A stretch of 63,895 nucleotides of DNA, taken from positions 1 to 63,895 of IMG/VR virus record IMGVR_UViG_3300021256_000015; one strand, given 5' to 3'. Below are positions 10,246 to 17,910 of this stretch, piece after piece; positions within the stretch are counted from its first letter, which is position 1, and each line of letters starts with the position of its first letter. The position numbers were made by a program, and so were the translations under genes. Under the pieces are notes generated by a model that had not been told where the DNA came from, did no database searches, and saw only the letters and a program-made list of their open reading frames with translations. Source of the DNA: a virus.

Positions 10246-11028
10246 ATGAACAAAGAACAATCAGTGACGCTATTGCGTCAAAACAAGCGCAAGCAGGTCG
10301 AGGCTCTACAAAGCCTCGGCTTTGCTGGCGTAAGCGTCGCCACACGTGCAAGCTTGTTTGCCGACTACATCAAGTGGAGTGGAGGTTTGCTTGATGTGCG
10401 TGTGGCGATTGTGAGAATTTCGGATGGTGCTCATTTCTATCTCACAATTCAGGAATGGGAGAGCCTGACCAACGAGAACAAGGCCAAGTTTGTGAAGCAG
10501 GGCGTGCGCATCCGTGCATGTCAGGAGGACTTCATATTGTCGGCTATGGCTCTCGGTACGCTGGCATGGGGCGGTACCTATGACGTGGCAACAGTCCCAA
10601 ACTACGGACAGTCAGGCACATCAAGCGTCTATAATTACAGCGCACGAACTGCACTTGAACTGACAAACTACATCAACGATGCCTACGGCACGACGGTCAG
10701 AAACAGCGTGACCGGCTCCCCTGCCGCTAAAGCTGCGTTGGAGTACAAGGCATTCAAGCAAGCTATTGACGGCGTAGATGACGACAGCGACTGGTGCCTT
10801 CCTTTGCCCAAGCACTGCCTTATTCTATATCGTTACATCAACGAGATTAACGACGTGTTGCGCCGTGCGTGGTCAAGTGACAATATCCTCACCACATCGT
10901 CGTTGTGGACTTGCCTCGAATGCAGCAACGCCAATGCGTGGTATTTCATTATGAGTTACGGCGGTGTAGCTGACCAAGCCAAGACTACCCCAACTACCGT
11001 GCGCCCCATAACATTGTTGAACAGTTAA
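10246..11028 (+). CDS. Paralogue of the DGR variable protein, no intact VR (260 aa)
   Basis: Aligns along its length with CDS 11040-11825 (ADYIKWSGGLLDV / ADYMKWAGGLLDV; GVRIRACQEDFILS / GVRVRAERQDFLVS). Start set at the ATG after the stop of the fibre gene. Confidence 0.75.
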   Translation: MNKEQSVTLLRQNKRKQVEALQSLGFAGVSVATRASLFADYIKWSGGLLDVRVAIVRISDGAHFYLTIQEWESLTNENKAKFVKQGVRIRACQEDFILSAMALGTLAWGGTYDVATVPNYGQSGTSSVYNYSARTALELTNYINDAYGTTVRNSVTGSPAAKAALEYKAFKQAIDGVDDDSDWCLPLPKHCLILYRYINEINDVLRRAWSSDNILTTSSLWTCLECSNANAWYFIMSYGGVADQAKTTPTTVRPITLLNS

Positions 11029-11039
11029 ACAAAATCGAT

Positions 11040-11825
11040 ATGAGTACGACAGAAAACAACGCAAAACTGTTTGAGTTGAACTATAACGCTCAACTTGATG
11101 CCCTGCGCGAGATAGGTTTGCTTGGGGCTAACGAGACCTTGCCACTGGGCAAGATTGCCGACTACATGAAATGGGCCGGTGGTTTGCTTGATGTGCAACT
11201 CGCCAAGGTGGACAAGACCACAGGGCGACTCACGCTGTTCCCCACCGACGAGTGGGACGCGCTGAGCAGCAACCAACAGGGCAATTATCTTACACTTGGT
11301 GTTCGCGTGCGCGCCGAGCGTCAGGACTTCCTTGTAAGCAAGGACAACATGAAGACCAGTAGCGGTGCCTACACGATGCTGTGGTCAAGTGAGCGAGTGA
11401 ACGTTCCTGGCCTGACAGACTACGGAGCGGGCAGCACTGGCATCTATGAGGACTTTGACGCAGCTGGCATGACGGATGCCATTGTGGAACTTGCCGAGGC
11501 ACGTGGTGTGGCATACCTGCCCGCACAGCTGAGTCGCGCCTATAAAGCATGTAACGCCACGGACGATGGCGTTGATGACCCTGTTGTGTGGAGTATGGCC
11601 ACGCTTGCGCACCTGCGCATCCTGCACAAGTATAGAACGCAAATCAATGAAGTCATCAACACTTACATAGGCAGCTCTTTCAAACTTGCCGATGAGCGAT
11701 ACTGGGCAGCCAATGAGTATAGCGCAGATTATGCGTACTATATTCATCTTGGCTCCGGCTTTGTCTACTACAACTGCTACAAGAACATCTACAATTTTCG
11801 TGTTCGTGCAGTCTCCGCATTATAA
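11040..11825 (+). CDS. DGR variable (target) protein, DUF1566/C-type-lectin-like C-terminus (261 aa)
   Basis: The C-terminus YWAANEY...GSGFVYYNCYKNIYNFRVRAVSAL contains the VR. Pattern resembles WxLP...YWSS...vRaV of DUF1566. Confidence 0.85.
   Translation: MSTTENNAKLFELNYNAQLDALREIGLLGANETLPLGKIADYMKWAGGLLDVQLAKVDKTTGRLTLFPTDEWDALSSNQQGNYLTLGVRVRAERQDFLVSKDNMKTSSGAYTMLWSSERVNVPGLTDYGAGSTGIYEDFDAAGMTDAIVELAEARGVAYLPAQLSRAYKACNATDDGVDDPVVWSMATLAHLRILHKYRTQINEVINTYIGSSFKLADERYWAANEYSADYAYYIHLGSGFVYYNCYKNIYNFRVRAVSAL
11749..11818 (+). repeat. DGR variable repeat (VR)
   Basis: 70 nt matching TR 12397-12466, with 9 mismatches, all opposite TR adenines. Confidence 0.9.
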
Positions 11826-11865
11826 CCTGATATGCTCTTTTTCCCTTTGACTCTTTTTCTCTTTT

Positions 11866-11888
11866 AAAGCCGCGTTAGCGGCTTTTTT
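11866..11888 (+). terminator. Hairpin aaagccgc-gtta-gcggcttt plus T-run, 48 nt after the VR
   Basis: 8-bp stem, 4-nt loop, then tttt. Ends the late tail operon. Confidence 0.8.
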
Positions 11889-11890
11889 AT

Positions 11891-11921
11891 TTTGGCATGA
11901 AATCAAAATTAACTACCTTTG
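11891..11921 (+). promoter_or_regulatory. Promoter of the avd-TR-RT unit: -33 TTTG (11891-94), -7 TACCTTTG (11914-21)
   Basis: Matches the Bacteroides sigma-A consensus with 19-nt spacing. Sits 21 nt upstream of the avd ATG. Confidence 0.6.
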
Positions 11922-11942
11922 CGCCATTCAAACATCATCACA

Positions 11943-12305
11943 ATGGCACTTGCTGAGGATTTACCAGTATATAGAGCGATATACAAATTACTCAATATGA
12001 TACTTGACGCTCGTGAGCAGTTCCCCAAGGGTTACCGCTACGAGTTTGGGACGCATTTAATGATGCGTTGTGTTGAGTGTTGTGAACTGATACGCTATGC
12101 CAATAGCGACAAAGATAACAGAGCGTCATATTTGCAGGAGTTTCTTGTGAAGTTTGACGGATTGAGGTTACTACTTAGGGTATGTCAAGACAGAAAGTTA
12201 ATAACAATAAAGCAAGGTGCCGACATGGTTTTGCTTGTTCAGGAAATAGAACGGCAAGCTACTGGATGGCGCAATGCCTCAACTTTCCGCAAGCCAGTGC
12301 CATGA
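11943..12305 (+). CDS. avd: Avd-like accessory variability determinant (four-helix-bundle protein, 120 aa)
   Basis: FPKGYRYEFGTHLMMRCVECCELIRYAN...ASYLQEFLVKFDGLRLLL fits the 23S-IVS/four-helix-bundle family. Lies between VR and TR. Confidence 0.75.
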   Translation: MALAEDLPVYRAIYKLLNMILDAREQFPKGYRYEFGTHLMMRCVECCELIRYANSDKDNRASYLQEFLVKFDGLRLLLRVCQDRKLITIKQGADMVLLVQEIERQATGWRNASTFRKPVP

Positions 12306-12396
12306 GTGTTACGGTGCTCATGGGAGAGCAATTACTTCAGGTTATATTGGGTGTCCCCCTCTCTTGTAAGAGGTAAGATTTAAGTGGGCACATTAG

Positions 12397-12466
12397 TTGG
12401 CTCCGGCTATGTCAACAACAACAACAACAAGAACAACAACAATTATCGTGTTCGTGCAGTCTCCGC
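12397..12466 (+). repeat. DGR template repeat (TR)
   Basis: AAC-rich 70-mer (23 adenines) ending 1 nt before the RT start codon. Confidence 0.9.
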
Positions 12467-12467
12467 T

Positions 12468-13724
12468 ATGGAACCAGTAATCTACGACATACCCTTTTCC
12501 TCAATCGTTGAAGCCTACCGTGATTGTCTAAAAAATAAGCGAGGTACTAATTCCTACACCAAATTCACAATGTCCTATGAGGGGCAATTGGTATGGTTGT
12601 GGGAGCGCATAAAGACACGAACTTATAAGCCTGGCTATTCTTATACATTCATTGTGGACTATCCCGTGACGAGGGAGATTTTTGCCGCCTCGTTCATCGA
12701 CCGAGTGGTGCATCACTATATCGCCCTGCGTATAGAGCCAATACTTGATGCTCTGTTTGTTGAGCAGGGCAATGTGAGCAAGAACTGCCGTAAGGGAGAG
12801 GGCAATATGAAGATGGTGTATGAGGTTGCACAGATACTCCGTGAGGTAAGCGAGGATTACACTACTGATGCCTACATCTTCAAAGGTGACGTTGCTAATT
12901 TCTTTATGAGCATAGATAAGTCAATCCTTTGGGAAATGATTGACGATTTTGTTAGAGAGGAATATAAAGGAGATGACCTTGATTGCCTGTTGTACCTTTT
13001 AAATGTGGTCATTTTCCATTGCCCTCAAGATAGGTGCATCAGGAAATCGCCCATAAAGAAATGGAAGCCATTGCCAAAGCGTAAGAGTCTTTTTTATACA
13101 GAACGAAACAGAGGCATGGCAATCGGCAATTTGCCGAGCCAGCTACTCGCCAACTTCTTTGCATCGGCTTTTGACCAGTGGCTAAAGTATAACGGAGTTG
13201 ATTATTACCGTCGCTTTTGTGATGACTTTGTTATTGTCACAAAAGATAAAGATATGCTATTACAACTAATACCACAGATGGAGAAATACCTTGATGAGCA
13301 GTTGAAAATGTCGTTACATCCCGATAAACGCTATATCCAGCACTACACAAAAGGCGTGAAGATGGTAGGTACTGTAATCAAGCCAGGACGTATTTATGTC
13401 GCCAATCGTACAATAGGCAAATTCTATGAAAAGATTAGATACTATAACACTCTTGCCGATGAGGGTTTGCAGGAACAATACGTAGAGAAGTTCGTGCAGT
13501 CCATAAACAGCTACTATGGCATAATGAAGCATTACAACACATATAACATTCGTAAACGCATAGGCAATGACATGATATTGCCGAAGTGGGCTGGTTATCT
13601 ATATTTCTGCAAAGGGTGGAGTAAAGCGAGTGTAGTAAGGAAGTACAAGCCAATATATATGACACGAAAATCCTACCAGCGTGGCAAGGTGACATTTGCC
13701 CCCGAATTAGGCAAACGAAAATAG
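12468..13724 (+). CDS. DGR reverse transcriptase (418 aa)
   Basis: IGNLPSQ (the DGR-type IGxxxSQ motif), YRRFCDDFVIV (YxDD box) and FKGDVANFFMSID. The start is moved to ATG 12468 because 12384-12467 is the TR. Confidence 0.9.
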   Translation: MEPVIYDIPFSSIVEAYRDCLKNKRGTNSYTKFTMSYEGQLVWLWERIKTRTYKPGYSYTFIVDYPVTREIFAASFIDRVVHHYIALRIEPILDALFVEQGNVSKNCRKGEGNMKMVYEVAQILREVSEDYTTDAYIFKGDVANFFMSIDKSILWEMIDDFVREEYKGDDLDCLLYLLNVVIFHCPQDRCIRKSPIKKWKPLPKRKSLFYTERNRGMAIGNLPSQLLANFFASAFDQWLKYNGVDYYRRFCDDFVIVTKDKDMLLQLIPQMEKYLDEQLKMSLHPDKRYIQHYTKGVKMVGTVIKPGRIYVANRTIGKFYEKIRYYNTLADEGLQEQYVEKFVQSINSYYGIMKHYNTYNIRKRIGNDMILPKWAGYLYFCKGWSKASVVRKYKPIYMTRKSYQRGKVTFAPELGKRK

Positions 13725-13771
13725 TGTTTTTTACAAGTCCCTAATATATACTGAATTACCCGAAAATCAAA

Positions 13772-13822
13772 TTTGAGATTTCAGAAAATCGCTTGGAGTT
13801 AAAAAAGCCATATCTAATTTTG
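13772..13822 (+). promoter_or_regulatory. Late-class promoter 2: TTTGAGATTTCA (13772-83), 31 nt, then TAATTTTG (13815-22)
   Basis: Identical box and spacing to 286 and 49170. Sits 16 nt upstream of the holin ATG. Confidence 0.6.
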
Positions 13823-13838
13823 AGGAAAAAAGATAGAT

Positions 13839-14315
13839 ATGGAACATACACTTCAAGAACAATTAATTGTTGTGCTATTCGTAGTCACTGGATTACTCAT
13901 AGCACCCCTCATCTTTATTGCACTTGACTACTGGGCGGGCATCCGCAAAGCACGTCAGCGTGGAGAGAAGATAGTCAGTGACAAAATGAAGCGCACTATC
14001 AACAAAGTATCAAAATACTACAACGCTATTTTGGCAATGTTGGTGTTGGACTGTGTGCAGATTGCCGGTTTTGTCTTTCTACACACATTCAATGACTGGA
14101 GCGCAATCACATTCCCATTCTTCACGATGATTGCAGTATTCTTTGTTGCTGCTATAGAGATAAAGAGCATCGTTGAGCCTGCCGACGCAAAAGAGAGCAG
14201 ACAGATGAAAGAGGTGACTGAACTTGCCACTGCCATTGCAGCGCATCGCACAGACCCCAAAGAGATAGCCCAAGCCATTTCAGAGTATTTAGACGTTAAA
14301 AAAAGCGAGCAATGA
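13839..14315 (+). CDS. Holin (phage_holin_4-like, 158 aa)
   Basis: Several TM helices, LDYWAGIRKA...SDKMKRTINKV, and position directly upstream of two endolysins. Confidence 0.7.
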   Translation: MEHTLQEQLIVVLFVVTGLLIAPLIFIALDYWAGIRKARQRGEKIVSDKMKRTINKVSKYYNAILAMLVLDCVQIAGFVFLHTFNDWSAITFPFFTMIAVFFVAAIEIKSIVEPADAKESRQMKEVTELATAIAAHRTDPKEIAQAISEYLDVKKSEQ

Positions 14316-14716
14316 AATATTTTACAATTCAAGAACTGACAAAGAGTGCCACTGCCAGTCGCAGGGGCATTAACAACACTCCCGATGAGTCAGTTAAGCG
14401 CAACCTAAACTTGCTTGTTGACAACATCCTCGACCCACTGCGTGAGGCGTATGGCGCTCCCATCATCGTGACAAGCGGTTACAGATGTGGACGTTTGAAC
14501 AAGGCAGTAGGTGGTGCCGCAAAAAGTCAACACATGTACGGCCAAGCTGCTGACATCCGCACAGTGAGCGATAAACCATCAGACAACAAAAAGCTATTCG
14601 ACTTGATAAGGGAATTGAAACTCCCCTATGACCAGTTAATAGACGAGTATGGCTATAACTGGGTGCATGTAAGTTACAGTTCAAGACACAGACGACAAAT
14701 ACTACATATCAAATGA
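14312..14716 (+). CDS. Peptidase M15 endolysin (D-Ala-D-Ala carboxypeptidase-like metallopeptidase)
   Basis: SGYRC...SQHMYGQAADI...WVHVSY zinc-peptidase motifs. ATGA overlap with the holin. Confidence 0.85.
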   Translation: MKYFTIQELTKSATASRRGINNTPDESVKRNLNLLVDNILDPLREAYGAPIIVTSGYRCGRLNKAVGGAAKSQHMYGQAADIRTVSDKPSDNKKLFDLIRELKLPYDQLIDEYGYNWVHVSYSSRHRRQILHIK

Positions 14717-15312
14717 AAATTTTAATCGACAACGGACATAGCAAAGCCACTCCTGGCAAGTGCAGTCCTGACCGCTCTTTTTTCGAGTGGAAATTCAATA
14801 GAGAAATCGCAGTTCCCCTCGTTGAGGAATTGAAAAAGCGAGGTTACGATGCGGAGAGGATAGTCACTGAAGATAACCACGACGTGACACTCACAGAGCG
14901 TTGCAACCGCGTTAATAAGTGGTGCAAGGAACTTGGTACAAAGAACGTCATCTTTATCTCCATCCACGCTGACGCTGCACCCAAAGACAAGAAGTCAATT
15001 TGGAGCAAGGCACGAGGATTTACTGTCCATGTCGCCAAAAATGCAAGTGAAGCAAGCAAGAAACTTGCGCAGTCACTATATGAAGAGGCGATAAAGCGTA
15101 AGCTGCAGGGCGACCGTTCCGTTCCTAAATGCCACTACTGGGTAGATAACTTTACAGTAGTAGCAAAGACGCTCTGCCCCGCAGTGTTGACCGAAAATCT
15201 ATTTTATACCAATCAGGAAGATTTGAGGATTTTGCAGAGCGAGGAAGGCAAGAAGATGATTGTTGACCTACACGTTGAGGGTATTATCAACTACTTAAAC
15301 TCCCTGAAATGA
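14713..15312 (+). CDS. N-acetylmuramoyl-L-alanine amidase (Amidase_3) endolysin
   Basis: IDNGHS...FISIHADAA...PAVLTENLFYTNQED pattern. Confidence 0.85.
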   Translation: MKILIDNGHSKATPGKCSPDRSFFEWKFNREIAVPLVEELKKRGYDAERIVTEDNHDVTLTERCNRVNKWCKELGTKNVIFISIHADAAPKDKKSIWSKARGFTVHVAKNASEASKKLAQSLYEEAIKRKLQGDRSVPKCHYWVDNFTVVAKTLCPAVLTENLFYTNQEDLRILQSEEGKKMIVDLHVEGIINYLNSLK

Positions 15313-15431
15313 AAAAGCGAGAGAACTTGACGCCAGATGAAGAGGCAGAGGCTAAAGCGATAATCATCACGGCAGTTTTTTTGGTAATAGCAATGATAAT
15401 TTGCATTGTTTTAACGGTGTTGATGCTATGA
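15309..15431 (+). CDS. 40-aa membrane protein of the lysis cassette (absent from the ORF track)
   Basis: MKKRENLTPDEEAEAKAIIITAVFLVIAMIICIVLTVLML. ATGA overlaps on both sides. Confidence 0.55.
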   Translation: MKKRENLTPDEEAEAKAIIITAVFLVIAMIICIVLTVLML

Positions 15432-15964
15432 GGTGGATTATTGCCATATTGCCCTTATTGATGCTTTTTTGCGGGTGTAAGACCAAGTACATAGCTACCG
15501 ATGTGCATCACACCGATACACTTTCAATCCGTGATACGATGACAATTACCGATACGCTCTATTTGGAGCGCATTGTTAGCGTGAATGCCGAAAGAATGGA
15601 CAGCAACACCACCGATGAGTTTAAGGCCGCCACAATCAAAATAACGCACTTTGATAGCGTTGGGAGAGTGGCAAAGGTGACAGATATTGACCTCACCAGT
15701 GAGAAAAAGAGTAAGTCAGGAGGCAAATTGTCAACCTCGGCAAATGAAAGAAAAATCGAGCAAACAGGCCATAAAGAAGAGTCAAGCCATAAAGAGCAGT
15801 CAGGCAGTAAGACCGATATTAAGACTAAAGAAGTCAAAGTGCCTTACGTCCCCTGGTGGGTGACTGCTGCTGGCATTGCAATGATACTGGCAGTAATCTT
15901 TTTCCTTACAGTATCTTTAAAACGTTTGGTTAATAAAAATAGTAATACTGTAATCCGGCAATAA
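15428..15964 (+). CDS. Lipoprotein with C-terminal TM helix (unimolecular-spanin-like, 178 aa)
   Basis: Signal plus lipobox-like MRWIIAILPLLMLFCGC and C-terminal WWVTAAGIAMILAVIFFLTVSL. Last gene of the lysis cassette. Confidence 0.55.
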   Translation: MRWIIAILPLLMLFCGCKTKYIATDVHHTDTLSIRDTMTITDTLYLERIVSVNAERMDSNTTDEFKAATIKITHFDSVGRVAKVTDIDLTSEKKSKSGGKLSTSANERKIEQTGHKEESSHKEQSGSKTDIKTKEVKVPYVPWWVTAAGIAMILAVIFFLTVSLKRLVNKNSNTVIRQ

Positions 15965-15996
15965 AAGATTTTTTGAGTGAAATTAGAAAGTTTGTT

Positions 15997-16031
15997 AGCA
16001 GTTGCGCCCTCGTGATGAAGGTGCAACTGCT
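15997..16031. terminator. Bidirectional hairpin agcagttgc-N17-gcaactgct
   Basis: 9-bp stem between the convergent lysis operon (+) and RHH gene (-). T-rich on the + side. Confidence 0.6.
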
Positions 16032-16206
16032 ATTTATTCAAAGCAGCCTTGCGTATGGCAGCACAAATAAACTCGCTCTTATTTGTTGTCAATGAGTCTA
16101 AAATTTCAACTACGTCAGGTGTTGCAGAAAACATATAACGCTTGGCACAGCCTTTTTTTCGACCTGCACCCTCTCTTTTTCCTCCCCAAGTTTTTTTGTT
16201 TTCCAT
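16030..16206 (-). CDS. Ribbon-helix-helix-like small DNA-binding protein (58 aa; excisionase or regulator candidate)
   Basis: Own translation: MENKKTWGGKREGAGRKKGCAKRYMFSATPDVVEILDSLTTNKSEFICAAIRKAALNK. Below the 60-aa ORF-track cutoff. Confidence 0.55.
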   Translation of the reverse strand: MENKKTWGGKREGAGRKKGCAKRYMFSATPDVVEILDSLTTNKSEFICAAIRKAALNK

Positions 16207-16611
16207 ATTTGTTGTATTTTTGCATCACCAACCAAAAACCAATGGGGTGGTGTTTGTTCCACCCCTTGGATTTTTAGAGGGCTATCTCTATTTTCACCCT
16301 CAGTTTCCAAATCTTAATGATGATTGTTAGGCTCATAAGATTTTGGTTTTTGGTTGTTTTCCTACTCTTTTCAAGGTTTTCGGAATCCCCTTTGTAAACC
16401 CTCATCGTTTACATTACAAAGTTACTGCTTTATCTTGAATTATGCAAGAAAAAATCAAGTTTTTTTTAAAAAAAAGTGCTTTTTTTTGCTCAATTCAGTA
16501 TGAACTATTGTGCGGTATGGGAGTAATAAGAGCGAGCGTCTTGTGATGATGAATTGTGATGATGAGAGACGCTCAAGTGGGCGCGTCTGTGAAGATACGC
16601 CCATTATGGTA
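16207..16611. other. attP-candidate / regulatory non-coding region
   Basis: T8A8 palindrome 16460-16475, T8 at 16480-87, tandem TTGTGATGATGA x2 (16541-65) inside an inverted repeat, and an 8-bp IR ctttgtaa/ttacaaag (16390-16421). Adjacent to int. Confidence 0.4.
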
Positions 16612-16645
16612 CAAAAAAATGGCGCAGGGAACCACCCACTGCGCC
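16612..16645 (-). terminator. Integrase terminator (ggcgcag-N11-ctgcgcc, T-run on the - strand)
   Basis: 7-bp GC stem followed, on the - strand, by attttttt. Sits 93 nt after the int stop. Confidence 0.7.
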
Positions 16646-16737
16646 GTAAGTCAAACCAATGTAAACTGAAAGCAGCAAACATTGATAATGCAAAGGTAGT
16701 GATATTTTTCTAATCGGCAATACCTTTGCGCAAAAAA

Positions 16738-17910
16738 TCACTTTAAATTGTCAAGTACCAGCCTCACTGCATCCGTCGCTTGTTGTGGAGTGACTGATAT
16801 GTAGCTGTAGAGTGCGGTGCTCACTTTGTCCACTCTATGCCCCAGGATATAGTCCACAACGCTCTCACTAACTCCAAGTTGGAATGCGTGTTGAGCGAAT
16901 GACTTGCGGGCTGAATAGAAAATCAGATGTTTAATGCCTGCGGCCTCGGCAAGCTGTTTCATGTGATTGACGAAAACGTAATGCAGCCTATCTTTATTGT
17001 TGTACTTGCCAAATAAGAGGCGGCCATCTCTGCCTTTGTATTTGGCAATTAATGGTTTTGCCTCGTCAGGGATTGCGAACTCCACGAACTTGTTAAGTTT
17101 CGGTTTGTTCTTTGTCTTTGTCCTAACATAGTGGATGCGCTTGCAGTCAGTGAAGTCCACCGAGAGCAAGTCAATCGCATTGATGCCACCCAGGTAGTAA
17201 CTCAACATAAATGCGTCACGGCATATTTGCACACTACGCTTATCGCATTTGGCGTCACGGATCTGTCTTATCTCATCCACCGAGAGCCATGATTGCCTTA
17301 CCTCTTGGGCTGGTAGTTCAAAGCCAACGAAAGGGTCATATTGTGGCACTGCATACCTACACCGCTCTGCGAATTTGAGCAACACCATAATGAACACGAG
17401 TCGGTCACGTCGTGTATTAGGTGTGTAGTTGCGTTCCACCATAAACTTGTTAAAACCTACGAGAGTGAGGTGTGTTATGCGCTCAATTAGCATATTTTCG
17501 TCAATGAACGCTGTGATGCAGCGGTAGATTGTCCTATAGTTAATGCGAGTGCCGTTGGCTATGTTTGCCGTCTCAATGTACTTCTCATAGACTTCCTTGA
17601 ATGTCTTGTGGCGGTTGTATTCAGAGTGGGTGATTGCATAGACCAGTTCCGGGCACGTAAGACCGTCTATGTAATCCAGCTCATCGATTGCGTCCCGATA
17701 GTGTTGCACCATCTTCCGTAGTTTGGTATTGAGAAAGGCGGCGTCACCACGGTTAACGACAATGCCGTTTTTGAACTCGCGTACATTATCTATAATAATA
17801 GATGTTGGAATGTAGCGAGTTGTGCCATTGTGGGCGATGGAGATACGCACTTTGTGTTTACCCCCTTTAAGTACCTTAGTAGGTACAATGACAGTTCTAA
17901 TAGTTGCCAT
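16738..17910 (-). CDS. int: Tyrosine site-specific integrase (390 aa)
   Basis: Bacteroidetes-type N-terminus (KGGKHKVRISIAHNGTTRYIPT arm-binding-like). The C-terminal catalytic region includes SARKSFAQHA...ILGHRV...LYSY. Confidence 0.9.
   Translation of the reverse strand: MATIRTVIVPTKVLKGGKHKVRISIAHNGTTRYIPTSIIIDNVREFKNGIVVNRGDAAFLNTKLRKMVQHYRDAIDELDYIDGLTCPELVYAITHSEYNRHKTFKEVYEKYIETANIANGTRINYRTIYRCITAFIDENMLIERITHLTLVGFNKFMVERNYTPNTRRDRLVFIMVLLKFAERCRYAVPQYDPFVGFELPAQEVRQSWLSVDEIRQIRDAKCDKRSVQICRDAFMLSYYLGGINAIDLLSVDFTDCKRIHYVRTKTKNKPKLNKFVEFAIPDEAKPLIAKYKGRDGRLLFGKYNNKDRLHYVFVNHMKQLAEAAGIKHLIFYSARKSFAQHAFQLGVSESVVDYILGHRVDKVSTALYSYISVTPQQATDAVRLVLDNLK

Noticed and set aside
12182-12376. 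64-aa ORF between avd and the TR
   Set aside because: It overlaps the avd 3' end out of frame and runs into the TR leader. It has no start context or motif. The region is more likely part of the DGR RNA.
16083-16713. ORFs 16083-16277, 16142-16330 (+), 16110-16310, 16455-16682 (-) and 16510-16713 (+) in the int-proximal region
   Set aside because: They are AT-rich, homopolymer-laden and mutually overlapping, with implausible products. The only convincing gene here is the 58-aa RHH ORF on the - strand.
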